64,000 bases of DNA from an uncultured Actinomycetes bacterium (GTDB lineage Bacteria; Actinomycetota; Acidimicrobiia; IMCC26256; DASPTH01), in contig CAWJCN010000004.1 in assembly GCA_963841415.1 (NCBI GenBank), forward strand, positions 319,415 through 383,414, written 5' to 3'. A program made the position numbers and the translations under genes. Under the pieces are notes generated by a model. The model was not told the origin of the DNA and made no database searches. It was given only the letters and a program-made list of their open reading frames with translations. Every line of letters begins with the position of its first letter. The stretch's first letter is position 1. Positions 9,274 through 17,288 of the stretch are shown one piece after another.

Positions 9274-10337
9274 TGCGTCGCCTGTTCGTCGCCGCGCTCG
9301 CCACGGTCTCCCTCGCGGCCAGCGCCCTCGCTGCCACCTCCTTCCCAGCGACGCCCGCCTCGGCGGCGTCCCCCACCACGATCACGCTCGTCACCCACGA
9401 CTCCTTCGCGGCCTCGAAGTCGGTGCTCGCGGCCTTCACGAAGCAGACCGGGGTCAAGGTCAAGGTCCTGCAGTCGGGTGATGCCGGCGCCGCGCTCAAC
9501 CAGGTGATCCTCACCAAGTCGAACCCCATCGGTGACGTGTTCTTCGGGGTGGACAACACGTTCCTGTCGCGTGCGCTCGAGGCGGGCGTGTTCGTGCAGT
9601 ACGCGCCCGCGGCGCTGTCGACGGTTCCTGACGAGTACCAGCTCGACCCGTCGCACCACCTCACACCGATCGACCACGGCGACGTGTGCATCAACTACGA
9701 CAAGCGGTGGTTTGCCGACCGGAAGGTCGCAATCCCGAAGACGCTCGACGACCTCACGAAGCCTGCGTACAAGGGCCTGCTCGTCGTCGAGAACCCCGCC
9801 ACCTCGTCGCCCGGCCTCGCGTTCCAGCTCGCGACGATCGCCAAGTACGGCGACGACGGTTGGCGCCGCTACTGGAGCAAGCTGCGCACCAACGACATGA
9901 AGGTCGACGATGGCTGGGAGAGCGCGTACGACGGCGACTTCACCCAGGGCGCGAACCACGGCAACTACCCGCTCGTCGTCTCGTACGCGTCGAGCCCGCC
10001 CGCCGCGGTGTACTACTCGAAGCCGCAGCCGAAGACGTCGCCGATCGGCACCATGCTCGACTCGTGCTTCCGTCAGGTCGAGTTCGCCGGCGTGCTGAAG
10101 GGCACCGACCACCAGAAAGCGGCGCAACAACTCGTCGACTTCATGTTGTCGGAGCGGTTCCAGGCCGACGTGCCGTTGCAGATGTTCGTGTTCCCGGTGC
10201 GCGAGGACACTCCGCTGCCCGCGGTGTTCACGAAGTTCGCGGAGGTGGCCCGCAGGCCGTTGACCCTCCCGGCCGCCGACATCAGCACACACCGTGAGGC
10301 GTGGATCGAGCAGTGGACCGACACCGTGCTCCGATGA
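9273..10337 (+). CDS. thiB: thiamine-type ABC transporter substrate-binding protein
   Basis: Signal peptide, ThiB/FbpA-like SBP fold. Operon context behind the TPP riboswitch. Start overlaps the thiN stop. Confidence 0.7.
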   Translation: MRRLFVAALATVSLAASALAATSFPATPASAASPTTITLVTHDSFAASKSVLAAFTKQTGVKVKVLQSGDAGAALNQVILTKSNPIGDVFFGVDNTFLSRALEAGVFVQYAPAALSTVPDEYQLDPSHHLTPIDHGDVCINYDKRWFADRKVAIPKTLDDLTKPAYKGLLVVENPATSSPGLAFQLATIAKYGDDGWRRYWSKLRTNDMKVDDGWESAYDGDFTQGANHGNYPLVVSYASSPPAAVYYSKPQPKTSPIGTMLDSCFRQVEFAGVLKGTDHQKAAQQLVDFMLSERFQADVPLQMFVFPVREDTPLPAVFTKFAEVARRPLTLPAADISTHREAWIEQWTDTVLR

Positions 10338-10362
10338 CCCGCCACACCCGGACGCGGCGGCG

Positions 10363-11997
10363 GTGAAGCCGGGCGCGCTGCCCCGTGCGGCGCGGGTCGT
10401 CGTCACGGTGGTGCCGCTGCTGTTCCTGGTGGTGTTCTTCGCCTACCCGGTCGTGTCCATCGTCGGGCGCGGGCTCGCGCCCGACTGGTCGGTCGACCTC
10501 GACCCACTCGGCAAGGTGCTCACCGACGCTGCGCTGCGTCACATCGCGTGGTTCACCGTGTGGCAGGCGACGCTGTCGACGGTGCTCACGCTCGCGGTCG
10601 GTCTGCCGGGTGCGTACGTGCTCGCCCGCTACGAGTTCCGTGGTCGGCACGTCGTGCGCGCCCTGGTGACGGTGCCGTTCGTCCTCCCGACCGTGGTCGT
10701 GGGCTCGGCCTTCGTCGCGGTGCTCGGCGACGGGGGTCCGCTCGCGGGGCTCGGGCTCGACCAGACGCTCGGCGCGATCCTCGTGGCGCACGTCTTCTTC
10801 AACTACGCGGTCGTCGTGCGCACGGTCGGGAGCCTGTGGGCGCACCTCGACCCGCGGCCGGAGGAAGCGGCGCGCATGCTGGGCGCGAGCCGCGTGCGGG
10901 CCTTCCGAGAGGTCACGCTGCCCGCACTCCGACCCGCGATCGCCACCGCCGCGACCGTCGTGTTCCTCTTCACCTTCACGTCGTTCGGCGTGATCCTCAT
11001 CCTGGGCGGGCCGCGCACGGCGACCCTCGAAACGGAGATCTACCGCCAGACCGCGCAGTTGCTGAACCTGCCGCTCGCCGCCGCGCTGACCGTGGTGCAG
11101 CTCGTGGCCATCGTGCTCCTCCTCGTGCTCACGAGCTGGATCGAAGGTCGCCAGCGCATCGCGCTCTCGTTGCGTGCCGCGGCCGAAACGGCCCGCCGGC
11201 CGCGCACGCCGGGCGCGCGCTGCCTGCTCGCGGCCAACCTGGTCGTGATGGCAGTGCTGCTCGGCGTCCCGTTGGCGGTCCTGCTCGAGCGGTCGTTCCA
11301 CACACCGTCCGGCTACGGCCTCGACTTCTATCGGGCGCTCGGCGAGCTCCACGCCGGCAGCACGCTCTTCGTCGAACCCGTCGACGCGGTCGCGAACTCG
11401 TTGCGCTACGCCGTGGCGGCGACCGCCATCGCAGTGGTCGTCGGCGGATGCGCGGCGTTCGCACTGGCGTCGTCGCGTCGGCGCGGTCTCGACACGTTGG
11501 TGGCGCTCCCGCTCGGCGTCTCCGCGGTGACGGTGGGGTTCGGGTTCCTGATCTCGCTCGACCACGCGCCCTTCGACCTCCGAGACTCGTGGTGGCTCGT
11601 TCCCATCGCGCAGGCGCTGATCGCAGTGCCGTTCGTCGTCCGTCTCATGACCCCGGTGCTCCGCGCCATCGACCCGCGCCTGCGGGAGGCGGCCGCCACG
11701 CTCGGTGCGTCGCCCGCGCGCGTCTGGCGCGAGGTCGACCTCCCGATCGTCGCCCGTGCGATGTTGGTCGCCGCCGGGTTCGCGTTCGCGATCTCGCTCG
11801 GGGAGTTCGGTGCCACCGTGTTCATCGTGCGCCCGGACGCGCCGACCCTCCCGGTTCTCGTCTATCGCCTCCTCGGGCAGCCGGGGCCCCTGAACTTCGG
11901 CGCCGCGATGGCTGCCAGCGTCATCCTGATGACGCTCACCGCGGTGGCGATCCTCGCGATCGAGCGCCTGCGCGCCGGCACCATGGGCAGCTTCTGA
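10363..11997 (+). CDS. thiP: ABC transporter permease, duplicated two-domain ThiP-like
   Basis: Two tandem permease halves in one ~540 aa protein. Start uncertain: GTG at 10363 preferred over the track start at 10294. Confidence 0.7.
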   Translation: MKPGALPRAARVVVTVVPLLFLVVFFAYPVVSIVGRGLAPDWSVDLDPLGKVLTDAALRHIAWFTVWQATLSTVLTLAVGLPGAYVLARYEFRGRHVVRALVTVPFVLPTVVVGSAFVAVLGDGGPLAGLGLDQTLGAILVAHVFFNYAVVVRTVGSLWAHLDPRPEEAARMLGASRVRAFREVTLPALRPAIATAATVVFLFTFTSFGVILILGGPRTATLETEIYRQTAQLLNLPLAAALTVVQLVAIVLLLVLTSWIEGRQRIALSLRAAAETARRPRTPGARCLLAANLVVMAVLLGVPLAVLLERSFHTPSGYGLDFYRALGELHAGSTLFVEPVDAVANSLRYAVAATAIAVVVGGCAAFALASSRRRGLDTLVALPLGVSAVTVGFGFLISLDHAPFDLRDSWWLVPIAQALIAVPFVVRLMTPVLRAIDPRLREAAATLGASPARVWREVDLPIVARAMLVAAGFAFAISLGEFGATVFIVRPDAPTLPVLVYRLLGQPGPLNFGAAMAASVILMTLTAVAILAIERLRAGTMGSF

Positions 11998-12010
11998 GGA
12001 TGCAGGTCTG

Positions 12011-12976
12011 ATGCTCGAGGTCTCCGAGCTCACCGTGGTCTACGGCGCGTTCACCGCGGTCGACGCCGTCGACCTCCAGGTGGCCGACGGCGAGATCGCG
12101 TGCATCCTCGGCCCGAGCGGCAGCGGCAAGAGCTCGCTCCTGCGTGCGGTCGCAGGGTTGGAGTCCGACGCGCGCGGGCGCGTCGCGTGGAAGGGCGCCG
12201 ATCTCGCGCGCGTGCCCCCGCATCGACGGGGGTTCGGGCTCATGTTCCAGGACCACGCGCTGTTCCCGCACCGCGACGTCATCGGCAACGTGGCGTTCGG
12301 TCTCCGCATGCAACGACGACCGCGCGCCGACACCGACGCCCGTGCCCGCGCCGCGCTGGCGCTGGTCGGTCTGACCGGCTTCGAGCATCGACGGATCCGC
12401 GAGTTGTCGGGAGGCGAGCAGCAGCGCGTCGCCCTGGCGCGCGCGCTCGCCGCCGAGCCACGCCTGCTGATGCTCGACGAGCCACTGGGCGCGCTCGACC
12501 GCGCGTTGCGCGAGCGTCTCGTCATCGAGCTGCGCGCGCTGTTCGTGCGGCTGGGCCTCACCACGCTGTTCGTCACTCACGACCACGACGAGGCGTTCGC
12601 GCTGGCCGATCAGTTGGTGGTGATGCACGCGGGACGCATCGAGCAGGTGGGCAGTCCCACGGCGGTGTGGCAGCGACCGGCGAACGCGTTCGTCGCCCGA
12701 TTCCTGGGCTGGAACGTGACACGCGCCTTCTCCGACTCACCCGCCGCGGTGCGTCCCGACGCGGTACGCGTCGTCGCTGACGGCGGCATCGTCGGCGAGG
12801 TGGCGATGCGCACCTTCCGCCGCGACCACTACCTCCTCGACGTGCGCGTCGACGACCTCGACGCCCCCGACGACGTCGTGCAGCTCGAGGTGCCCGTCGA
12901 TGCTACGCACGTCCCGGACGTCGGCGAGCGAATCGGGTTGGCGGCCGACGCCGGTGCGCTGGTGACCCTCGAGTGA
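12011..12976 (+). CDS. thiQ: ABC transporter ATP-binding protein (ThiQ/FbpC-like)
   Basis: Walker A GPSGSGKSS, signature LSGGEQQRVALARAL, Walker B LLMLDEP, plus a C-terminal regulatory-type extension. Confidence 0.8.
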   Translation: MLEVSELTVVYGAFTAVDAVDLQVADGEIACILGPSGSGKSSLLRAVAGLESDARGRVAWKGADLARVPPHRRGFGLMFQDHALFPHRDVIGNVAFGLRMQRRPRADTDARARAALALVGLTGFEHRRIRELSGGEQQRVALARALAAEPRLLMLDEPLGALDRALRERLVIELRALFVRLGLTTLFVTHDHDEAFALADQLVVMHAGRIEQVGSPTAVWQRPANAFVARFLGWNVTRAFSDSPAAVRPDAVRVVADGGIVGEVAMRTFRRDHYLLDVRVDDLDAPDDVVQLEVPVDATHVPDVGERIGLAADAGALVTLE

Positions 12977-12983
12977 GCCGTGC

Positions 12984-13637
12984 TCAATGGGCGAGCATGC
13001 GCACCTGCTCGTTGGCCCGTCGCAAGCGACCCGAGAGGTTCCGGGCGAGGTTGGCCGAGAACATCGACGTCACCCTCGGAGCAACCCGGTCGATGTCGTG
13101 CAGCTTCTCGATCGACAGGCGAGCGAGGACCGAGTCGCGTTCGGCGACGACACCGGCCGAACGCTTGCCATCGTCGAGGAACGCCATCTCACCGACCGCG
13201 ACGCCAGCACCGAAGCTCGCGAGCCGTCGGTCGCGGCCCTGGTCGCGAGGTCACGGCACGTCACCAACAGCGAGCACTGGCGGAAGTACGAGTCGATCAC
13301 CGCGTCGACCCACTCCGAGGTGGTGGAGGACCTCGTCGGGCCCTGGTCCTCGAGCGCCATCCCGAACACGAAGGGCTTGGAGATCGACCGGATGGTGACG
13401 TCGAGGTCGGTGTCGCCCACCTCGTAGACGTGGCCGTCGGCGGTGACCACGCAGATCCCGAACCAGCCGGGATCGGCCGGGCCGAGCTCGGGGATGTAGG
13501 TCGCCACCTCACCCTCCTCGAGCTCGCAGTACTCGTCGAGGAGGGCGGCCGAGGTACTCGAGGACGGGGGATCGGGTCACGGTGCGGAGGTCGAGGTCGG
13601 CGAGCGCGCGATCGAACCCGGCGTCGAGGCGCGTCAC
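12984..13637 (-). pseudogene. remnant of a glutaminase fused to a cyclic-nucleotide-binding domain (frameshifts plus large internal deletions)
   Basis: Pieces lie in different frames: SPVLEYLG; EGEVATYIPELGPADPGWFGICVVTADGHVYEVGD..SISKPFVFGMALEDQGP (glutaminase N-terminus); DSYFRQCSLLVTCRDLA (glutaminase core); GEMAFLDDGKRSAGVVAERDSVLARL (C-terminal part of a cNMP-binding domain). About 650 bp carries what normally needs more than 1.2 kb. Confidence 0.7.
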
Positions 13638-13726
13638 GAGAGGTCTCTGACCGGCTCGGGCTGCTCTGGCAGTTTCCCGTCGGTAGCGTTCATGTCAACG
13701 ACATATGACAGAAAGCCGTCAGATCG

Positions 13727-13745
13727 ATCTGCACCGAATCTCCAC
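13727..13745. repeat. left direct repeat (attL core candidate) ATCTGCACCGAATCTCCAC
   Basis: Identical 19-mer at 20439-20457. Confidence 0.8.
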
Positions 13746-13768
13746 TCGGGGCAACGTGACCGTAGCCC

Positions 13769-14344
13769 CTAGCCGCAAGCTCCGCTCGCTTCCGGCACGA
13801 CACGCGTGCACTCGTGCTCCAGGTCCGCGCGCATGACCTTGGCGAGCGATAACACGGCAGGCAAAAGGTTCAGGTTGAAGGACTCGTCCAGGAGCTCTTG
13901 GACCGTGACTTGGTCGCTGTCAGTCGTGTCCGCCAACTTTGCGAAGGCGCTATACGCCTTCGTCGTACTCCGAAGCTCGTTGCGAACGTCGTCGGATGCG
14001 TCAAGCAGGGTCCGCGCCTGTGTGTCCACTAGAGCGTACCTGAGCCGTCGAAGCGTCGCCCTCCGGTCCTCGTCACCGGAGAGGGTCCCATCGGCGATTT
14101 CGTCAGGAATCCTGTACAGGAGCCTGAGATAAGTGTCATAGAGGTCCCGTTGATGTTCGCGGTCGGCATCCTGCCGCTGGCGCTTCCACGTACGACCGCT
14201 CTGCCAAATCTGAAGGCTCCCGGTGACCAGTGAGCCAACGATGGCTGACGTGCCAGCGATGAGAGCAACTCCCAAATCACTCACCACTCGATTGTGCCTC
14301 TCGCGGTGCGGTGTTGAAGTGCTTTCCGGCATCGCTGTGTGCAC
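13769..14344 (-). CDS. hypothetical membrane-anchored protein (island cargo)
   Basis: 191 aa, one N-terminal TM (LGVALIAGTSAIVGSLVTGSL) followed by a helical charged region. No family recognised. ATG at 14332 is an alternative start. Confidence 0.55.
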   Translation of the reverse strand: MHTAMPESTSTPHRERHNRVVSDLGVALIAGTSAIVGSLVTGSLQIWQSGRTWKRQRQDADREHQRDLYDTYLRLLYRIPDEIADGTLSGDEDRRATLRRLRYALVDTQARTLLDASDDVRNELRSTTKAYSAFAKLADTTDSDQVTVQELLDESFNLNLLPAVLSLAKVMRADLEHECTRVVPEASGACG

Positions 14345-14356
14345 CTTTTATATAAG

Positions 14357-14370
14357 TATATATATATATA
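14357..14370. repeat. (TA)7 dinucleotide tract inside an AT-rich divergent promoter region
   Basis: TATATATATATATA within TTTTATATAAGTATATATATATATAGTTAAA, directly upstream of the 13769..14344 gene. Confidence 0.9.
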
Positions 14371-14500
14371 GTTAAAGGGGTATAGTGAACCTTACCTTAC
14401 GGGTCGGGGGTGACCGGAACACCCCCCCGGGGTCGGCACCCCGGGCGGGGCAGCGGAACGCAGGCCCGGGCACGGTGCATCGTTATGCATCGCCCGGTTG

Positions 14501-14522
14501 AACGCAATCACTTGATTGTGTT
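14501..14522. promoter_or_regulatory. imperfect 10-bp inverted repeat with 2-bp spacer (operator or serine-recombinase crossover-type site)
   Basis: AACGCAATCA-CT-TGATTGTGTT, one mismatch between arms, about 95 nt upstream of the recombinase ATG. Confidence 0.35.
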
Positions 14523-14617
14523 ACGCTTTGAGGCACGGCACTGGTCCCCCGTGCGCTGCTCTGCCCGCCCGGCTGGCGTGCGTGGGGTGCCAGGCCGGAA
14601 CCCTCGGAGAGCGCAGC

Positions 14618-15281
14618 ATGAACCCCGCACGACAAGGCAGAGTCATCGGCTACGTGCGTGTCTCCACCAACCGACAGGTGGAGTCAGGCGCGGGGCTCAA
14701 AGACCAGGAGCGCATCATCAGGGAAGAGTGTGAGCGCAGAGGCTGGACCCTCTTGCCGCGTCGCCTCGGACCCGGGCGCTTCAGGCAAGAGCCTGAAGAA
14801 GCGGCCGGGCCTGACGAAGGCCCTTGATGACCTGGACGCGGGCAACGCGGACACGCTGGTAGTCGCGAAGCTCGACCGCTTGTCTCGCTCGGTCATCGAC
14901 CTGAACAAGGTCATGCAGCGGGCACAGCAGCACGGATGGGGGCTGGTCATCCTGGACCTAGCGGTAGACACCACCACCGCCACCGGGGAGCTTGTGGCGA
15001 ATCAGGTGGGCTCCGTCGCGCAGTGGGAGCGACGCATCATCGGAGAGCGCATCAAGGATGCGCTCGCAGTGAAGAAAGCGGAGGGCGTGCAACTCGGTCG
15101 GCCTCGTTCGGTGCCTGACGACGTGCGCGTACGCATCGTGCATGACCGTGACGCGGGGGCGACGTGGCAGGCAGTAGCGGACTCGCTCAACAGCGACGGA
15201 GTACGCACCGGGCAGAAGCCCGGAGCGAAGTGGTACCCGAACACGGTTCGACGCATCTACAACGCTGCGACGGAGGAATGA
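14618..15281 (+). CDS. small serine recombinase (resolvase/invertase family), frame broken near 14750-14760
   Basis: VIGYVRVSTNRQ (catalytic Ser region) lies in the frame of ORF 14516..14827. LVVAKLDRLSRS and the C-terminal HTH lie in ORF 14658..15281. GGAGA RBS before the ATG at 14618. Confidence 0.8.
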
Positions 15282-15309
15282 TGTACACGTACGGAAGCAC
15301 TTCGACGCG

Positions 15310-15480
15310 GTGGCGGATTTCTTCGGTGACGAAGAAACCGCGTACGGACTCATCCACGAAGCGCTCTTGCAAGCGTGCGGGGCAAGCACCGCTCCTCCGA
15401 GCGTGGAGGACTACTACGAGCACCCCGACGTGTTCCCGGTGATGGTCTCAGTCGTCATCGACTTGCGAGAGCACGCATGA
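15310..15480 (+). CDS. possible small acidic protein
   Basis: Not in the track. Frame reads VADFFGDEETAYGLIHEALLQACGASTAPPSVEDYYEHPDVFPVMVSVVIDLREHA and ends in an ATGA overlap with the next gene. Start uncertain. Confidence 0.3.
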   Translation: MADFFGDEETAYGLIHEALLQACGASTAPPSVEDYYEHPDVFPVMVSVVIDLREHA

Positions 15481-15668
15481 CGACTGTGCGAGCGATGGGG
15501 CTCGCGGTAGCGAGAAGCGTGCTTCTCGCGGTCCTCTCAGCGGTGGTGCTTCTCGCGGTGGGGCTCGGTGTCGGCCTGGTGGTCGCGTACTGGCCCCACG
15601 TGCGCGATTGGGCGCTCATCGTGTTCGGACTCGGAGGCATTCTCTGCTTGACCGCGTGGTCCGATTAG
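15477..15668 (+). CDS. small two-TM membrane protein
   Basis: ATG at 15477 inside ORF 15375..15668. The 63 aa protein is two hydrophobic helices. Confidence 0.5.
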   Translation: MTTVRAMGLAVARSVLLAVLSAVVLLAVGLGVGLVVAYWPHVRDWALIVFGLGGILCLTAWSD

Positions 15669-15683
15669 GCGTCGGACGACGTT

Positions 15684-16193
15684 TCACTGATTGAGGCGTT
15701 CCACGTTCTCCCGGAGCCCATCTACTCCGTGCCTGTCGAGTAGTAGCGCAAGCATGCGTTCCTCGCGTTCCTCGTCGGAGAACTCGTCACCGTCAAGCAC
15801 GTGCATGGCGCCTTGCCACACCGTGCCGACGTACTGCATCGCTTCGTCCGCGGTGTCCACCATCGCATCAACCGGATGAGCAATGTTCCTGTCGCGGACT
15901 TGCTCGAAGCCCGTTAGGCACTGGCCGTACAAGTAGCGCACCGCGAAGCTAAAACACTTCTCGGGGTCGCCTTCGGCGAGTGCCTGGCGCGTCGACGGCA
16001 TGAACTGCCACAACTCGATGAGGTCGAGCATTGCCTCACCGATTGCATCTTCGATATCATGCAGAGACTTGCCCGGCCACTTCTTGCGCAGCAAACCGAA
16101 AGCGGTGCCGCGCACGTCATCGAGCGTGCGTGCTCCGAAGGCCTCATGCGGAAAGCGGCCGTATCGCGGCGGGTGCCGTCGTTGCTTCGTCAT
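15684..16193 (-). CDS. hypothetical protein (island cargo)
   Basis: 169 aa with normal amino-acid composition. Only a faint sigma-70 region-2-like stretch (DAIGEAMLDLIELWQ), not enough to assign a family. Confidence 0.55.
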   Translation of the reverse strand: MTKQRRHPPRYGRFPHEAFGARTLDDVRGTAFGLLRKKWPGKSLHDIEDAIGEAMLDLIELWQFMPSTRQALAEGDPEKCFSFAVRYLYGQCLTGFEQVRDRNIAHPVDAMVDTADEAMQYVGTVWQGAMHVLDGDEFSDEEREERMLALLLDRHGVDGLRENVERLNQ

Positions 16194-16321
16194 CTAGCCC
16201 GCTTCAGGCGCTCCTCGCGCGCCCTCGCCCAGTTCTGTGACGTTCGCCAGATTCCGCCGCTGTTCCACGCGCCGCCCTTGCGCCGCGCCGAACGGGTGCG
16301 CTTCTCAATCTCCTCGCGCAT
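16190..16321 (-). CDS. possible 43-aa basic protein
   Basis: Not in the track. MREEIEKRTRSARRKGGAWNSGGIWRTSQNWARAREERLKRAR. Stop overlaps the next start as ATGA. Confidence 0.3.
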   Translation of the reverse strand: MREEIEKRTRSARRKGGAWNSGGIWRTSQNWARAREERLKRAR

Positions 16322-16488
16322 AGCTCATTCGTTTGGAACGCACGAGCGATGGGCCACGCGTGGACGTGACCACATCACGAGAGGGGTACCGGCTTCGAAG
16401 CCGTGTCCGCAGGGCGCGCACCGGCCAGGCCAGCGGGCCTGGAAACCGAGTGGCTTCCGGTCGCGTGTCGGTCTCGGCCACGCGTAGT

Positions 16489-16938
16489 TCAGTCGTCCGG
16501 GCATGGCCTTCCCTCGGTCGCAACAACGTCACGTGCGTAACGCGCCGGAATACCGAGCGCGGTCGCGTGGCGGACCAACTCGGTGGCCGCCCACGCTCGG
16601 TCCGAATCGGTGTCGCAGAGTGCGGCGACCTTGCGGGCGGCACGTCGCAGCCGCCAGCGCGGGTTGCCGTTACCGTTCAGCAACCAGCCGCACTCCTCAC
16701 GGAGTCGGTACTTGCTCAACGTGCCGAACGGTCGAGACGACGTGCGCTTGCGGCCCGTCTCTCGTTTTCCTTCCACGTACTCGTGGTAGGTGCAGCTAGC
16801 GGGTTCCCTACCATCCCGGACCACGCTGACCGGACATACGCGCTTCCCACAGCGCTCGCACCGCACGAGCGGTCCTCGGTCGCCCGAGTGCGTGCGATGG
16901 CCCTCCGCCCCGAACCCGCCGCAGTATTCGCAAGTCAT
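16489..16938 (-). CDS. hypothetical zinc-ribbon protein (island cargo)
   Basis: 149 aa. N-terminal CEYC..H..H..CERC pattern. Its start overlaps the upstream stop by one nucleotide (TGATG). Confidence 0.55.
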   Translation of the reverse strand: MTCEYCGGFGAEGHRTHSGDRGPLVRCERCGKRVCPVSVVRDGREPASCTYHEYVEGKRETGRKRTSSRPFGTLSKYRLREECGWLLNGNGNPRWRLRRAARKVAALCDTDSDRAWAATELVRHATALGIPARYARDVVATEGRPCPDD

Positions 16939-17288
16939 CAGCCCGCAAGCTCCGGGAACGACTCCCTAAACGGCACGACACGTAGCGACTCGTGTCGCTC
17001 GCGTTCAGCGTCCGCAGCGTGACGCTTCCACTCGCGCTCGATGACGCTCTCGGCGGTGGCGCGGGTGAGGCCCGCAACGAGGGCAGCGTCGAGTAGCTGA
17101 GCGCGCAACTCGTCGGGGCTTCGCAACGAGCCCGCGACCCAGCACGTCGCGGCGAGTTTGGTTGCGTGCGCGAGCTTCGCCGCGACGCGGCCACCTGCGG
17201 TACCGGGCTTGTGGCGCGTGGTGCGCCACGTCGCCAACTGCGCGAGCTCCGACGCGAACGCGTCCTCGTAGTAGTTCCTGGTTTTCAT
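16938..17288 (-). CDS. hypothetical protein (island cargo)
   Basis: 116 aa. GGAGGG RBS 4 nt upstream of the ATG at 17288. Confidence 0.55.
   Translation of the reverse strand: MKTRNYYEDAFASELAQLATWRTTRHKPGTAGGRVAAKLAHATKLAATCWVAGSLRSPDELRAQLLDAALVAGLTRATAESVIEREWKRHAADAERERHESLRVVPFRESFPELAG

Noticed and set aside
13638-13770. A tRNA or tmRNA gene as the integration target
   Set aside because: I could not find a T-loop (GGTTCGAATCC-like) or a cloverleaf-compatible sequence at either junction. The repeat lies in an intergenic region upstream of a response-regulator gene.
15278-15442. The alternative small ORF MMYTYGSTSTRW... directly after the recombinase
   Set aside because: Its Ser/Thr/Arg-rich composition looks like an off-frame read. 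The overlapping acidic frame ends in an ATGA coupling with the next gene and is preferred, though still at low confidence.
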